From Chloroflexota bacterium (GTDB lineage Bacteria; Chloroflexota; Limnocylindria; Limnocylindrales; CSP1-4), in the NCBI GenBank assembly GCA_030447745.1, contig JAUJOH010000005.1, positions 84,337 to 148,336 of the forward strand: DNA of 64,000 bases. Direction: 5' to 3'. Positions 11,519 to 25,922 of the stretch are shown here, piece after piece. Every line of letters begins with the position of its first letter. The stretch's first letter is position 1. The translations under genes were made by a program, and so were the position numbers. The notes under the pieces were generated by a model. That model worked only from the letters and a program-made list of their open reading frames with translations. It did no database searches and had not been told where the DNA came from.

Positions 11519-12407
11519 CGCGCGCGAGCTGCTCGAGCTCGCCGCGGCCGAGCCGGGTGGTCTCGAGCGGCTCATGGCCGGCGACACGCCGGATGCCGCA
11601 GCGCTCGCGGGACACCTTGCGGGCTGCCGCGACTGCGCCGACGAGATGACGCGCCTGCGACGGGCGTCGGCAGCCATCGGCGCCGTGATTCGGTCGACCC
11701 CGCCACCGGACCTGCGCGCCCGGACCCTGCGGTACGTGGCCGCGGTCGGGCGAGACCGGCCGACCGCGCCGGACCCGGGCGCTGCCGCGACCACGCCGCT
11801 GTCCACGCTGCCGACCGATGCGGTCGACGGGTCCATCCGCGATCGGACCGCTGCCGTGCCGGCCGGGTCGACGCGACGCGGCCATGGTCACGGTCCCACG
11901 GTGGGGTGGCTCACGGCGCTGGCGGCCGCCGTGATCCTCGCGGTCGCCGGCACCGCCCTCGTGGTTGGCCGGCAGCGCGATGCGGAGACCAACCGCCAGG
12001 CGGCGGCCCTCGAGGACCGCGCGCGCGAGGTTGCGGCGCTCGAGCGAGTGACGGGCGAGACGGTCCGGATCGCCGCGGCGCCCGATGCCCGACGGGTGGA
12101 GCTCACGCCGGCCGACGGCGGCGACGCCGCGGGCACGCTCCTCTTCTCACCGGGGTCGCGGGATCTCGTGGTGGTGGGCACGGGTCTCACCGAGCCGGCC
12201 GCTGGTCAGGAGCTCCGGTGCTGGGTGGAGGTGGCGGGTCAGCGTCGGCCGGTGGGCCGCATGTACTTCGCCGATCGGCTCGCGTTCTGGGCCGGCCAGG
12301 TCGACGCCGTGGCCGACCTCGCGGACGGCGCGCGCTTCGGCGTCACGCTCGTCGACGCGGACGGACCCGCGCTGGGTGGTCCCGCGGTGCTCGCGGGCGA
12401 GTTGTAG
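11505..12407 (+). CDS. Anti-sigma factor (zf-HC2 N-terminus, one TM segment, RskA-like extracytoplasmic domain)
   Basis: Overlaps the sigma gene by 14 nt. Contains HLAGCRDCADE, the TM segment WLTALAAAVILAVAGTALVV and a C-terminal RCWVEV..GRMYF block. Confidence 0.75.
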   Translation: MDHADARELLELAAAEPGGLERLMAGDTPDAAALAGHLAGCRDCADEMTRLRRASAAIGAVIRSTPPPDLRARTLRYVAAVGRDRPTAPDPGAAATTPLSTLPTDAVDGSIRDRTAAVPAGSTRRGHGHGPTVGWLTALAAAVILAVAGTALVVGRQRDAETNRQAAALEDRAREVAALERVTGETVRIAAAPDARRVELTPADGGDAAGTLLFSPGSRDLVVVGTGLTEPAAGQELRCWVEVAGQRRPVGRMYFADRLAFWAGQVDAVADLADGARFGVTLVDADGPALGGPAVLAGEL

Positions 12408-12418
12408 GATTCGCGTCG

Positions 12419-13264
12419 ATGGCGGCCGTCGCCCCACCCGATCCGCGCTTGGCGGGGCCCGGGACACCGGGCGAGGCGGACGACCCCTCGGACCTCAAGT
12501 TTCCGGTCGCGGAAGCATTCGCGCGCCACGCAGCCGCATCCGGCGTCCCGCTCGGTCGGTCCGGCAATCCCGTGCCGGAGGCGGCCGTCTCCGCGACGTT
12601 CGACGAGATCGCGCCGGTCTACGACCGTCTCAACACGCTGATGACGCTCGGCGCTGACGCCGGCTGGCGACGCGCGGCGGTCGCGGCGGCCGGCCTCCAC
12701 CCCGGCGACACCGCCGTCGACGTGGCGACCGGAACCGGCAAGCTCGCGGCCGCGCTCGCCGAGCGGGTGGGCCCCTTCGGCCGGATCCTGGCCGTCGACG
12801 CCTCGCGGGGCATGATCGATCGGGGCAAGGCCGCCTTTCCGGATCTCGTCCAGCTCGAGTTCCGCCAGGCGAACGGCCTGCGGCTGCCCGCGCGGGACGG
12901 CGAGTTCGACGCGGCGACGATCGCGTTCGGGCTGCGCAACCTGGCCGACTTCGACGCCGGGTTCCGTGAGCTGCGGCGGGTGGTTCGACCGGGTGGCCGC
13001 GTCGTCTGCCTCGAGCTGACCGTGCCGCAGCCCCGCGTGTGGGGTCACGTCTTCCTGGCGTTCTTCCGACGGATGGCGCCGCTCGGGGGCCGGTTCGCCG
13101 GCTGCTCCCGGGCGTACGCCTACCTGCCGGCCTCGCTCGACGGCTTCCCGGGCACGGAAGCGCTCACGGCGCGCATGCGGGCCGCCGGGCTCGAGGCGGT
13201 CACGGTGCGCCGGCTGGGCCTGGGCTCCGTCGCGCTGCACACGGGGACGGTTCCCGTCGGCTGA
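12419..13264 (+). CDS. ubiE: Demethylmenaquinone/ubiquinone methyltransferase (UbiE/MenG family)
   Basis: Blocks FDEIAPVYDRLN, SAM motif VDVATGTGKLA, FGLRNLADF, RVVRPGGRVVCLE, YLPASL. ATG at 12419, inside a longer read-through ORF. Confidence 0.85.
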   Translation: MAAVAPPDPRLAGPGTPGEADDPSDLKFPVAEAFARHAAASGVPLGRSGNPVPEAAVSATFDEIAPVYDRLNTLMTLGADAGWRRAAVAAAGLHPGDTAVDVATGTGKLAAALAERVGPFGRILAVDASRGMIDRGKAAFPDLVQLEFRQANGLRLPARDGEFDAATIAFGLRNLADFDAGFRELRRVVRPGGRVVCLELTVPQPRVWGHVFLAFFRRMAPLGGRFAGCSRAYAYLPASLDGFPGTEALTARMRAAGLEAVTVRRLGLGSVALHTGTVPVG

Positions 13265-13272
13265 GTCCGGTC

Positions 13273-13611
13273 TCAGCGCAGCTCGTCGACGCGCTCGCCC
13301 GGCCTGACCTGCGCCGGCGCAGCGGTCGCTGCCGTGTCATCGGCGAGCTCGGCGTCCTGCCTCCGGTCGTCGTCGGGCGGCGGCGTGGCGAGGTACTCGC
13401 GGTGCAGACGCAGGACGCGTTCGGCGGTCTCCGGGTCCAGCGCCACGCCCTCCGTGCGCAGCGTCGTCGCGATCCAGGCCGCCTCGAGCGGAAGTTCCTC
13501 GTCCGCGATGTCCGCCTCGCGCCGGCTCGAATCGGCCAGCACCAGGTAGACGAGCCCGGCACCGATCACCAGGCCAACGATCAGCAGCCACCAGTTGAAC
13601 TCCGCGTTCAT
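13273..13611 (-). CDS. Small hypothetical membrane protein
   Basis: 112 aa from the ATG at 13611. N-terminal TM segment NWWLLIVGLVIGAGLVYLVL, acidic tail. Confidence 0.5.
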   Translation of the reverse strand: MNAEFNWWLLIVGLVIGAGLVYLVLADSSRREADIADEELPLEAAWIATTLRTEGVALDPETAERVLRLHREYLATPPPDDDRRQDAELADDTAATAAPAQVRPGERVDELR

Positions 13612-13768
13612 GGCGCGCGTCCGGTCGTGACGGTCTGCGGGCTTCGGGCGAGGCGAGACGGCATGCGGCGGCCAGTATAGGCAGCGCCGCGGGCTGCCCC
13701 GGCAGCCGGTCGAGCACCCGCCGTGTGCGTGGCGTCGGTCGCGGAAGCCGGCGCGGCTACACTCCGGC

Positions 13769-14676
13769 GTGATGTTCGATCTCACCCCGGAGCCGATCGC
13801 GTTCCAGGTCGGCCCGCTCCCGGTCCACTGGTACGGCATCGCCTATGCCGTCGGCCTGTCTGCCGCGTTCGTGCTCCTGACGTGGCTCGCGAAGCGGTCC
13901 GGGCGCAACCACGAGGTGCTCGGCAACGCCTTCCTCGTCGTCGCGATCGCCGCCCTGATCGGCGGCCGCGCCTATCACGTCATCGACGAGTGGGAGCTGT
14001 ACCGGGGGAACCTGGCCGCGATCGTGCTGCCGCCGTACTCCGGTCTCGGCGTCTACGGCGGGATCGCCACGGGCGCCGTCGCTGCGTGGCTGTACGCGCG
14101 GGCGGTCCGGGAACCGTTCTGGCCGTGGGCGGACATCGTTGCCCCGGGGCTGTTCTTGATGCAGGCGATCGGGCGGCTCGGAAACTTCTTCAACCAGGAG
14201 CTCTACGGGGCACCGACCACGCTGCCGTGGGGCATTCCGATCGACTGCGAGCACCGCGTGGTCGCTCCCGGGACCGACTACTCGTGCGCGGCACTCCCCT
14301 CGAGACGACGCGGTTCCACCCGCTGTTCGCGTACGAGTCGCTGTCCGGGCTGCTCGGCGCCGCGTTCCTCGTCTTCCTCTTCTTCCGGTTTCGGCACCGG
14401 CTGGCGTCCGGCAGCCTCCTGTTCATCTTCTTCATCTGGTACGGGGTCGTCCGCTTCAGCCTCGAGAACTTGCGGATCAACAACTGGCTGGTGCTGGGGA
14501 TCCCGACGGCCCAGATCGTGTCCGTCGCGTTCATCCTCGTCGGCGTCACCGGGTTGATCTGGCGGAACACGAGATCGAAGCGCGGCGCGGACGACCCGGG
14601 CGCCGCGCGGACGGCTGTCGAAGACGCGGCCGACCTCGCCCGCGACCCGGATCCGGCGAGACCTGCCTCGACCTGA
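13769..14676 (+). pseudogene. lgt: Prolipoprotein diacylglyceryl transferase with one apparent frameshift (~14290)
   Basis: Lgt blocks VHWYGIAYAVG, GGRAYHV, GRLGNFFNQELYG, then in the +2 frame FHPLFAYESL..YGVVRFSLE. Adding one C to ctcccc|tcgag restores ..LPLETTRFHP... Confidence 0.85.
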
Positions 14677-14733
14677 GGCGCGGGGCCAGGTCGCCTGCGG
14701 TCGCCGGAGAGGCCGCGCCTATACTCGGCCGCG

Positions 14734-16149
14734 ATGCGCTACGCGGAGACGATCCTCGACCTCGTGGGCCGGACCCCGCTCGTGCGGATCACCCGCGTCG
14801 TCCGGGATCTCGGTCCGGTCGCCGACCAGCCGCTCCTCCTCGCGAAGCTCGAGATGCTGAACCCAGGGGGATCGGTCAAGGACCGGATCGGCCTGCCGAT
14901 GATCGAGGCCGCGGAGCGCCAGGGGAACCTCAAGCCCGGTGGCACGATCATCGAGCCGACCTCCGGGAACACCGGCCACGGGCTGGCGATCGCCGCGGCG
15001 CTCAAGGGCTACCGTTGCATCTTCGTCATGGCCGACAAGCAGTCGGCCGAGAAGCAGGCGCTCCTCCGCGCGTACGGTGCGGAGGTCGTTCTCTGCCCGA
15101 CCAACGTGGCGCCGGAGTCCCCGGAGAGCTACTACTCGGTCGCGGCTCGGCTCGCGCGCGACATCCCGGGTGGGTTCAAGCCGGACCAGTACTGGAACAT
15201 GGAGAACCCGGCCGCGCACGAGCGCGCCACGGGTCCCGAGATCTGGGAGCAGACGGAGGGCCGGATCAGCCATCTCGTCGCCAGCGTCGGGACCGGCGGC
15301 ACGATCACCGGCGTGTCGCACATCCTCAAGGCGCACAACCCGGACATCGTCGTGGTCGGTGCGGACCCGGAGGGCAGCATCCTGTCCGGCGACCAGGTGC
15401 GGCCGTATCTCCAGGAGGGGATCGGCGAGGACTTCCTGCCGGGCACGTACGACCCCACGGCCGTCGACCGGTGGGTCCGCGTGTCCGACCGGGACGCCTT
15501 CGCCATGGCGCGCCGCGTCACACGAGAAGAGGGCATCCTCGCCGGCGAGTCGACCGGGACGGCGATGGTCGCCGCACGCGAGGTCGTCCGTGGCCTCGTC
15601 GCCGAGGGCGCGCGGGACGCCGTCGTGGTCGTCATCCTGCCCGACGGCGGCCGGAACTATCTCTCGAAGCTGTACAACGACGAGTGGATGCGGAAGAGCG
15701 GGCTGATGGATACGCCGGGGTCGGTGGTCCGCGTCGCCGAGCTCCTGCGCGACCGCCACCACGGCGCGGAGCTCCCGGACCTCGTTGTGGCCCGGACGAC
15801 GCAGTACGTCGGGGAGGCCATCGGCCTCCTGCAGGAGTACGGGATCAGCCAGATGCCGGTCAGCCAGGACGCGGACGGCGCGGCGCTTGCGTCGATCGTC
15901 GGGTCCGTGTCGGAGAAGGGGCTGCTCGACCGCGCGTTCCGCGACCCTGCGGTCGTCGAACGGACGGTCGGCGAGGTGATGGACCGGCCGCTCCCGCTGG
16001 TGGACGATCGCTCGTCGCTCGACGAGGCGTTCGGGCTGCTGTCGGCCGGCGCAAACGCGCTCGTCGCGACGCGTGGCGACCGCCCGGTCGGCGTCGTCAC
16101 GAAGCTTGACCTGCTCGAGTTCCTGAGCCACCTGCCCAACGGGCGGTGA
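14734..16149 (+). CDS. Cystathionine beta-synthase (PLP domain plus tandem CBS domains)
   Basis: 471 aa. Blocks GGSVKDR, EPTSGNTG, SVGTGGTITG and a C-terminal CBS pair. Confidence 0.9.
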   Translation: MRYAETILDLVGRTPLVRITRVVRDLGPVADQPLLLAKLEMLNPGGSVKDRIGLPMIEAAERQGNLKPGGTIIEPTSGNTGHGLAIAAALKGYRCIFVMADKQSAEKQALLRAYGAEVVLCPTNVAPESPESYYSVAARLARDIPGGFKPDQYWNMENPAAHERATGPEIWEQTEGRISHLVASVGTGGTITGVSHILKAHNPDIVVVGADPEGSILSGDQVRPYLQEGIGEDFLPGTYDPTAVDRWVRVSDRDAFAMARRVTREEGILAGESTGTAMVAAREVVRGLVAEGARDAVVVVILPDGGRNYLSKLYNDEWMRKSGLMDTPGSVVRVAELLRDRHHGAELPDLVVARTTQYVGEAIGLLQEYGISQMPVSQDADGAALASIVGSVSEKGLLDRAFRDPAVVERTVGEVMDRPLPLVDDRSSLDEAFGLLSAGANALVATRGDRPVGVVTKLDLLEFLSHLPNGR

Positions 16150-16385
16150 TGAGAACGGGGTCCGTCGCCGCGCTTCCGTGCAGAGCGCGATGATGCGACG
16201 GCGCGTCGGGTCCGCCAGCAGGGCGATCCCGGTTCCGTTTCGTCGTGGCATGCCGGCCACGGTGGCGCGCAGCCATTCACCCCGACGTATCTGCGAGTTC
16301 TCGGGACGCCGAGCGTGATGTCGGTACATGCACCCGCCCCGCGCGTCGGTTCACCGGCCGGCCCGAACGTGCAGTATTTGACCCG

Positions 16386-17603
16386 ATGTCCGACCACGAC
16401 GCAGCGGAGCTCGCCTTCGACACCGTGGCCGTCCGCGCCGGCGCCGAGCCGGACGAGTTGACCGGCGCCGTCGCACCGCCGATCTACCAGACATCGACGT
16501 ATGCCCAGGTCGGCGTCGGGAAGCCCCGCCGCGGCTACGAGTACAGCCGCTCGCAGAACCCGACCCGGGAACGGCTCGAGCGAGCGGTGGCGGCGCTCGA
16601 GGGCGGGCGACACGGCATCGCGTTCGCGAGCGGCTCGGCCGCCACGGCGGCCATCGCCCAGCTCGCCGCGCCGGGCGAGGAGATCGTCGTCGGCGACGAC
16701 GTGTACGGCGGCACGTTCCGCTATTTCGAGCGGGTCCACCGGCCGACGGGTGTCGACGCGAGGTACGTCGACCTCGACGGCGGGCCGGACGTGCTGTGGG
16801 AGGCGCTGACCGACCGAACGCGCCTCGTCTGGTTCGAGTCCCCGACCAACCCGCATCTCCGGCTGGTCGACATCTCGGCCTCCGCTGAGATCGCAGCGCG
16901 CCGGGCCCGCGATTCAGGTCGACCGGGTCCGCTCGTGGTCGTCGACAACACGTTCGCCTCGCCTGCGGTCCAGCGCCCGCTCGAGCACGGCGCGGACATC
17001 GTGTTCCACTCGGCGACCAAGTACCTCGCCGGCCACTCCGACACCGTCAGCGGTGTTGCCGTGACGAGCGATCATGCCGTCGCGGAGCGGCTGCGGTTCC
17101 TCCAGAACGCGATGGGCGGTGTGCCCGGGCCATTCGACTGCTTCCTCGTCCTGCGCGGCATCCGGACGCTGCACCTGCGGATCGAGCGGCACGCTGCCAA
17201 CGCGCTCGCGGTCGCGCGCTCGCTGGCAGCTCGAGACGACGTCGCGACGGTCCGCTACCCGGGCCTCGTCGACGGCCCGCACGCCCATCCCCAGGCCGAG
17301 CTCGCGGCGCGCCAGATGCGGCTCGGCGGCGGCATGGTCTCGTTCGTCCCGCGCGGCGGTGGGCGGCACGACCGGAGTTCGAGCGACCGGGCGAGAGCGG
17401 TCGCCGAGTCCACCCGCCTGTTCACGCTCGCCGAGTCGCTCGGCGGCGTGGAGTCGCTGATCGAGGTCCCGGCGGTGATGACCCACCTGTCGGTCGCCGA
17501 ATCGCCGCTCGCCGTGGACCCCGCGCTGATCCGGCTGTCGGTCGGGATCGAAGCTGCGGCCGACCTGATCGCTGACCTCGGGCGAGCGCTCGACGAGGCC
17601 TGA
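16386..17603 (+). CDS. Cystathionine gamma-lyase/synthase family PLP enzyme
   Basis: Blocks YSRSQNPT, DNTFASP, PLP-lysine block HSATKYLAGHSD, LAESLGGVESL. ATG at 16386. Confidence 0.9.
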   Translation: MSDHDAAELAFDTVAVRAGAEPDELTGAVAPPIYQTSTYAQVGVGKPRRGYEYSRSQNPTRERLERAVAALEGGRHGIAFASGSAATAAIAQLAAPGEEIVVGDDVYGGTFRYFERVHRPTGVDARYVDLDGGPDVLWEALTDRTRLVWFESPTNPHLRLVDISASAEIAARRARDSGRPGPLVVVDNTFASPAVQRPLEHGADIVFHSATKYLAGHSDTVSGVAVTSDHAVAERLRFLQNAMGGVPGPFDCFLVLRGIRTLHLRIERHAANALAVARSLAARDDVATVRYPGLVDGPHAHPQAELAARQMRLGGGMVSFVPRGGGRHDRSSSDRARAVAESTRLFTLAESLGGVESLIEVPAVMTHLSVAESPLAVDPALIRLSVGIEAAADLIADLGRALDEA

Positions 17604-17782
17604 GGCCGGCGGCGCCGCGGGTCACGGATGGCCCGCGATCCCGGGGCCGATACCGCCCGCAACCGTGACGCAACATTGGCTACAATCCCGGGGACTGCGA
17701 AAGCCGACTCCTCGCGGACACGCGAGGCACGCGCGGCCGGTCGACTGAACCTGCGGGCGCCGCGCCCGGAGAGGAGCAGGCC

Positions 17783-21004
<3,222 letters not shown>

Positions 21005-21060
21005 TGAGGTGTTCCAGCCGGACGGGCGCGCCGGCGCCGTCCCGATTGCGAGGTCAGAAC

Positions 21061-22614
<1,554 letters not shown>

Positions 22615-22664
22615 CGGCCGAGCCTGCCTGAGGGCGCCGGCACGACGCGGACCGCGCGGCCCGA

Positions 22665-23639
22665 TCAACTGGCGGCGGGCGCCGCCTTCTCCCGGATCGG
22701 CCGTGGCGGCGACTCGACGATGAGCGCGAGCCCCGGTCCCATGGCCTCGAGCCACGGTCGCACCAGCGAATGCGCCCGATCGAGCCACGCGTCGGCGCCG
22801 GCGAGGTCAGTCGCCAGGATGATCCGAAGGCCGCCGTCGGCCTCCTCGACGAGCTGATCGGACCCGCGCAGTCCGGTCCTGAGGGCGGCCGCCGTCGCCC
22901 GAACGACCCGCGGCGGTGCGCTGGCACCCAGCGACAGGACCAGCTCGGTCACGCGGACATCGCCGACCGCGGCCTGCGCGCCCCGCTGCCGTCTTCGAGG
23001 CGGCCGGGACCCGCCGCCGCCGGGCTCGCCGAGGAAGGTTGCGATGGCCCGTCCCGTCCGTTCCGGATCGTCGTCCTGTCGCGGCATCGTGAAGCGACGC
23101 GGGCGGCCGTCGGAGCCGGCTCGGTCGAGAGGCGCTGGTCGGTCCCCGCCGGGCGGCTCGTGCGCGGTCGCGTCGAGGACTTCCCCGAGCGGCACCCGAG
23201 GCACCGCCGCAGATGGCGAGGAACGAGGTGCTTCGGGGGTCCGGCGGGTGGTCAGCGGAGCGGACCCGGCGGCGTCTTGCAGCGGCCGATCTGCATCGTC
23301 CACGTCCGGCGTGCGCACCGGCTCGCCGGGTGCCGCAACCGCGCCGGAGTCCGTGGGTGCGGACAACCCGGCTGCCTCCGCGAACCGCCGCTGGGCCGCC
23401 AGCACACGCTCGTCGGGAACGATCGGCGGCCGCTTGCGCCGTGGCGCTGGCTCACGCGGTCCACCGGCGCCTCGCCCCGACGCCGCGGATGCTCGGACAT
23501 GTCCGATCGCCACGACGAGCCCCAGCAGGCTCAGGTTCAGGAGCACGCCGGACACCAGCAGCAGAAGGAGACTGTCGCGTGGCACTCGAACGTCCGTACG
23601 GGAGGAGGGCGAGGCGGTTCCCGCCCGCGTCGGCTGCAT
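22665..23639 (-). CDS. Hypothetical membrane-anchored protein; the C-terminal domain faintly resembles a degenerate GGDEF fold
   Basis: 324 aa from the ATG at 23639. TM segment LLLLLVSGVLLNLSLLGLVVAI, long Pro/Arg-rich linker, C-terminal LRGSDQLVEEADGGLRIILATDLAGADAWLDRA. The function call is tentative. Confidence 0.5.
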   Translation of the reverse strand: MQPTRAGTASPSSRTDVRVPRDSLLLLLVSGVLLNLSLLGLVVAIGHVRASAASGRGAGGPREPAPRRKRPPIVPDERVLAAQRRFAEAAGLSAPTDSGAVAAPGEPVRTPDVDDADRPLQDAAGSAPLTTRRTPEAPRSSPSAAVPRVPLGEVLDATAHEPPGGDRPAPLDRAGSDGRPRRFTMPRQDDDPERTGRAIATFLGEPGGGGSRPPRRRQRGAQAAVGDVRVTELVLSLGASAPPRVVRATAAALRTGLRGSDQLVEEADGGLRIILATDLAGADAWLDRAHSLVRPWLEAMGPGLALIVESPPRPIREKAAPAAS

Positions 23640-23664
23640 TGTACGGGGACCGTCGCGGGCGGAC

Positions 23665-24175
23665 GGCGGCGCGCTCGCGGTCAGCTGATCCGCGCGAAGT
23701 CCGCCGTTCCGCGCTTGACGAAACGGCCGTGGCCCTTCCGCCCGGTGAACTCGCCGTCCCTCACGATCACGGAGCCGCGCGACAGCACGACCTGTGACGC
23801 GCCTCGGACCTCGCGACCCTCGTAGCACGAGTAGTCGACGTCCATGTGGTGCGTCGTCGCGGAGATGGTGCGCGTTCGGTTTGGGTCGTAGATGACGAGG
23901 TCCGCGTCCGCGCCGACCGCGACCACACCCTTGCGCGGGTACATCCCGAACAGCTTCGCCGGCGCCGTCGAGACGACCTCCACCCACCGCTCGCGACTCA
24001 TCCGGCCGGCGACGACGCCGCCGTCGTGGAGGAGGTCGACCCGATCCTCGACGCCCGGCAGGCCGTTAGGGACCTTGCGGAAGTCGCCACGCCCGAGCTC
24101 CTTCTGACCCTCGAAGTCGAACGGGCAGTGATCCGTCGAGACGACCTGCAGGTCGTCCTTGATGAGGCCCCGCCA
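23665..24175. repeat. Copy 1 of a ~0.5 kb direct duplication (dihydropyrimidinase 3' end plus 16 nt downstream)
   Basis: Both copies start ggcggcgcgctcgcggtcagct and end gaggccccgcca. Copy 1 keeps a clean reading frame. Confidence 0.9.
23681..24175 (-). pseudogene. Dihydropyrimidinase/D-hydantoinase, 3' fragment (last ~165 codons), copy 1
   Basis: WRGLIKDDLQVVSTDHCPFDFEGQKELGRGDFRKVPNGLPGVEDRVDLL...STAPAKLFGMYPRKG..VGADADLVIYDP..ISATTHHMDVDYSCYEG. No N-terminal two-thirds. Confidence 0.8.
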
Positions 24176-24316
24176 CCCTCAGCATCTTCCTGCTGAGCCT
24201 GCTCGTCGGCCTCGGGCGGGACGCCGCGGCCGGCGGGGATGCGGCGCGCCGTCGCGGGATCATCGACGCGTTCCGTCGCGGGCGGGACAGGTGCGCTCAG
24301 CGGGTTCCTGGTCTGG

Positions 24317-24850
24317 GGCGGCGCGCTCGCGGTCAGCTCGGATCCGCGCGAAGTCCGCGGTTCCGCGCTTGACGAAACGGCCGTGGCCCTTCCGCCCGGT
24401 GAACTCGCCGTCCCTGGCGCGCGCACGGGAGATCACGGAGCCGCGCGACAGCACGACCTGGGACGCGCCTCGGACCTCGCGACCCTCGTAGCACGAGTAG
24501 TCGACGTCCATGTGGTGCGTCGTCGCGGAGATGGTGCGCGTTCGGTTCGCGGTCGTAGATGACGAGGTCCGCGTCCGCGCCGACCGCGACCACACCCTTG
24601 CGCGGGTACATCCCGAACAGCTTCGCCGGCGCGGTCGAGATCACATCCACCCACCGTCCCCCGCGACTCATCCGGCCGGCGACGACGCCGCCGTCGTGGA
24701 GGAGGTCGACCCGATCCTCGACGCCCGGCAGGCCGTTCGGGACCTTGCGGAAGTCGCCGCGCCCGAGCTCCTTCGATGAGCACCCTCGAAGTCGAACGGG
24801 CAGTGATCCGTCGAGACGACCTGCAGGTCGTCCTTGAGGAGGCCCCGCCA
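24317..24850. repeat. Copy 2 of the duplication, carrying several small indels relative to copy 1
   Basis: Same end sequences as copy 1. Differences include cagctCgGatcc, a 12-nt insertion (ggcgcgcgcacg), ttcgcggtc versus tttgggtc, and cttcgatgagcaccctc versus cttctgaccctc. A 141-bp unique spacer (24176-24316) separates the copies. Confidence 0.9.
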
Positions 24851-24880
24851 GGCCGCCGCGAACTGCCGGAGGTCGACGCC
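24333..24880 (-). pseudogene. Dihydropyrimidinase 3' fragment, copy 2, multiply frameshifted; extends ~10 codons further 5' than copy 1
   Basis: The same protein blocks are spread over three frames (VDLRQFAAAWRGLLKDDLQVVSTDHCPF / KELGRGDFRKVPNGLPGVEDRV / ISATTHHMDVDYSCYEG). The stop codon is lost through indels. Confidence 0.7.
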
Positions 24881-24917
24881 GTCGAGCCGGCCGTGGCACG
24901 TGCCGGAGGTGTGGAAC

Positions 24918-25388
24918 GCGCTCGAGCGCAATCGCGGCCGGGCCTACTGCGTTGCCTTCACCGCGATGGTCGGGATGAACCTGTTCCGCCAGGCGGTCGA
25001 CCTGACGAAGTCCGGCCAGACCGCCGCGAGCACGAAGTTCGAGGTGCCGAAGAAGGGCACGCGCCTCGGCGTCGGGTTCTGGGGGGCGGGTCGCGGCTAC
25101 CTGTCCCACCACCTCGTGCTGGACGACGGCGTCGTCACGAACTACCAGATCATCACGCCGTCGACGATCAACGCGTCCCCCCGCGATCCGTGGGGAAGGC
25201 CCGGCAAGTACGAGGAGGCGGTGATGAACACGCCGATCCTCGAGTCGAGCGGGGACGGCAAGTTCGTGGGCATCGACGTCCTCCGGGCGATCCGCTCGTT
25301 CGATCCGTGCATGCCGTGCACGACCCACATTCACAGCGACCAGGGCGTCGTGACCCGAGAGGTCAACACCTGCGCCTGCGGCGTCTGA
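24918..25388 (+). pseudogene. [NiFe]-hydrogenase large subunit, C-terminal ~155 codons only
   Basis: ALERNRGRAYCVAF...GVGFWGAGRGYLSHHLV..NYQIITPSTINASPRD...LRAIRSFDPCMPCTTH plus a 19-aa tail. No start, no N-terminal metal-binding motif and no small-subunit gene upstream. Confidence 0.8.
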
Positions 25389-25391
25389 CAG

Positions 25392-25922
25392 GTGATCCTG
25401 CTGGCGGGTGTTGGCTACTCAGATCTGCGGGACCTCTCGTTCGGGCCGCGTCTCGTCGACCGCATGCGCCGGGAGACGTGGCCGCCGGGCGTCGAGGTCC
25501 AGGACCTGAGCTACGGTCCGCTCGCCGTCGTCCAGTGGCTGCAGGACGAGCCGGGCCGGTTCAGCCGCGTGATCCTGGCCGGCGCGGTCGAGCGCGGGCG
25601 GACCCCGGGCGCCCTCGCCCCCTACGCCTGGGTCCCGCGCGAGCTGACGCCCGACGCCGTCCAGGAGCGCGTGGCCGAGGCGGTCACCGGGGTGATCGGG
25701 CTCGAGAACCTGCTGATCATCGGGCAGTGGTTCGGTGTCCTGCCGGCGGACACGTGGGTCATCGAGCTCGAGCCGGTCGAGACCGACTGGGGATCGGATC
25801 CCAGCGCGACCGGTGCCGCCCGCATGGACGAAGCGATGGCATGGATTCGCGAGACGCTCCACACCGACGCGTCCGGCGGACGGAACGGCCGCGGCGCGCA
25901 TCCCGTCGAAGCCGGCGGATGA
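25392..25922 (+). CDS. Divergent paralogue of the hydrogenase maturation endopeptidase; probable loss of metal ligands
   Basis: 176 aa, starting 4 nt after the large-subunit stop. Begins ILLAGVGYSDLRDLSFG, where the canonical form is GVGNxLxxDDGxG. In my alignment VILAGAV stands where the canonical protein has LIILDAA. Confidence 0.6.
   Translation: MILLAGVGYSDLRDLSFGPRLVDRMRRETWPPGVEVQDLSYGPLAVVQWLQDEPGRFSRVILAGAVERGRTPGALAPYAWVPRELTPDAVQERVAEAVTGVIGLENLLIIGQWFGVLPADTWVIELEPVETDWGSDPSATGAARMDEAMAWIRETLHTDASGGRNGRGAHPVEAGG

Noticed and set aside
7805-11836. Very long ORFs in the track (7805-11836 -, 29480-33676 +, 47376-49289 -, 52440-54950 +, 20440-22788 -, 40622-42070 -, and others) as giant or antisense genes
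   Set aside because: These are stop-poor read-through typical of very GC-rich DNA. Only sub-segments match protein families. The rest is Arg/Pro/Gly/Ala-rich nonsense, often antisense to well-supported genes such as mmsA, the sigma factor and the aminotransferase.
17681-17686. tacaat hexamer upstream of pckA as a promoter
   Set aside because: It is a good TANNNT match, but I found no convincing -35 element at proper spacing. It lies ~100 nt from the start with no other support, so it is too weak to list as a feature.
24834-25388. The 184-aa ORF as an intact small hydrogenase-related gene
   Set aside because: Its first ~28 codons are the antisense of the dihydropyrimidinase fragment. The rest is only the C-terminal quarter of a large subunit and lacks the N-terminal metal-binding cysteines, so it cannot be a functional hydrogenase subunit.
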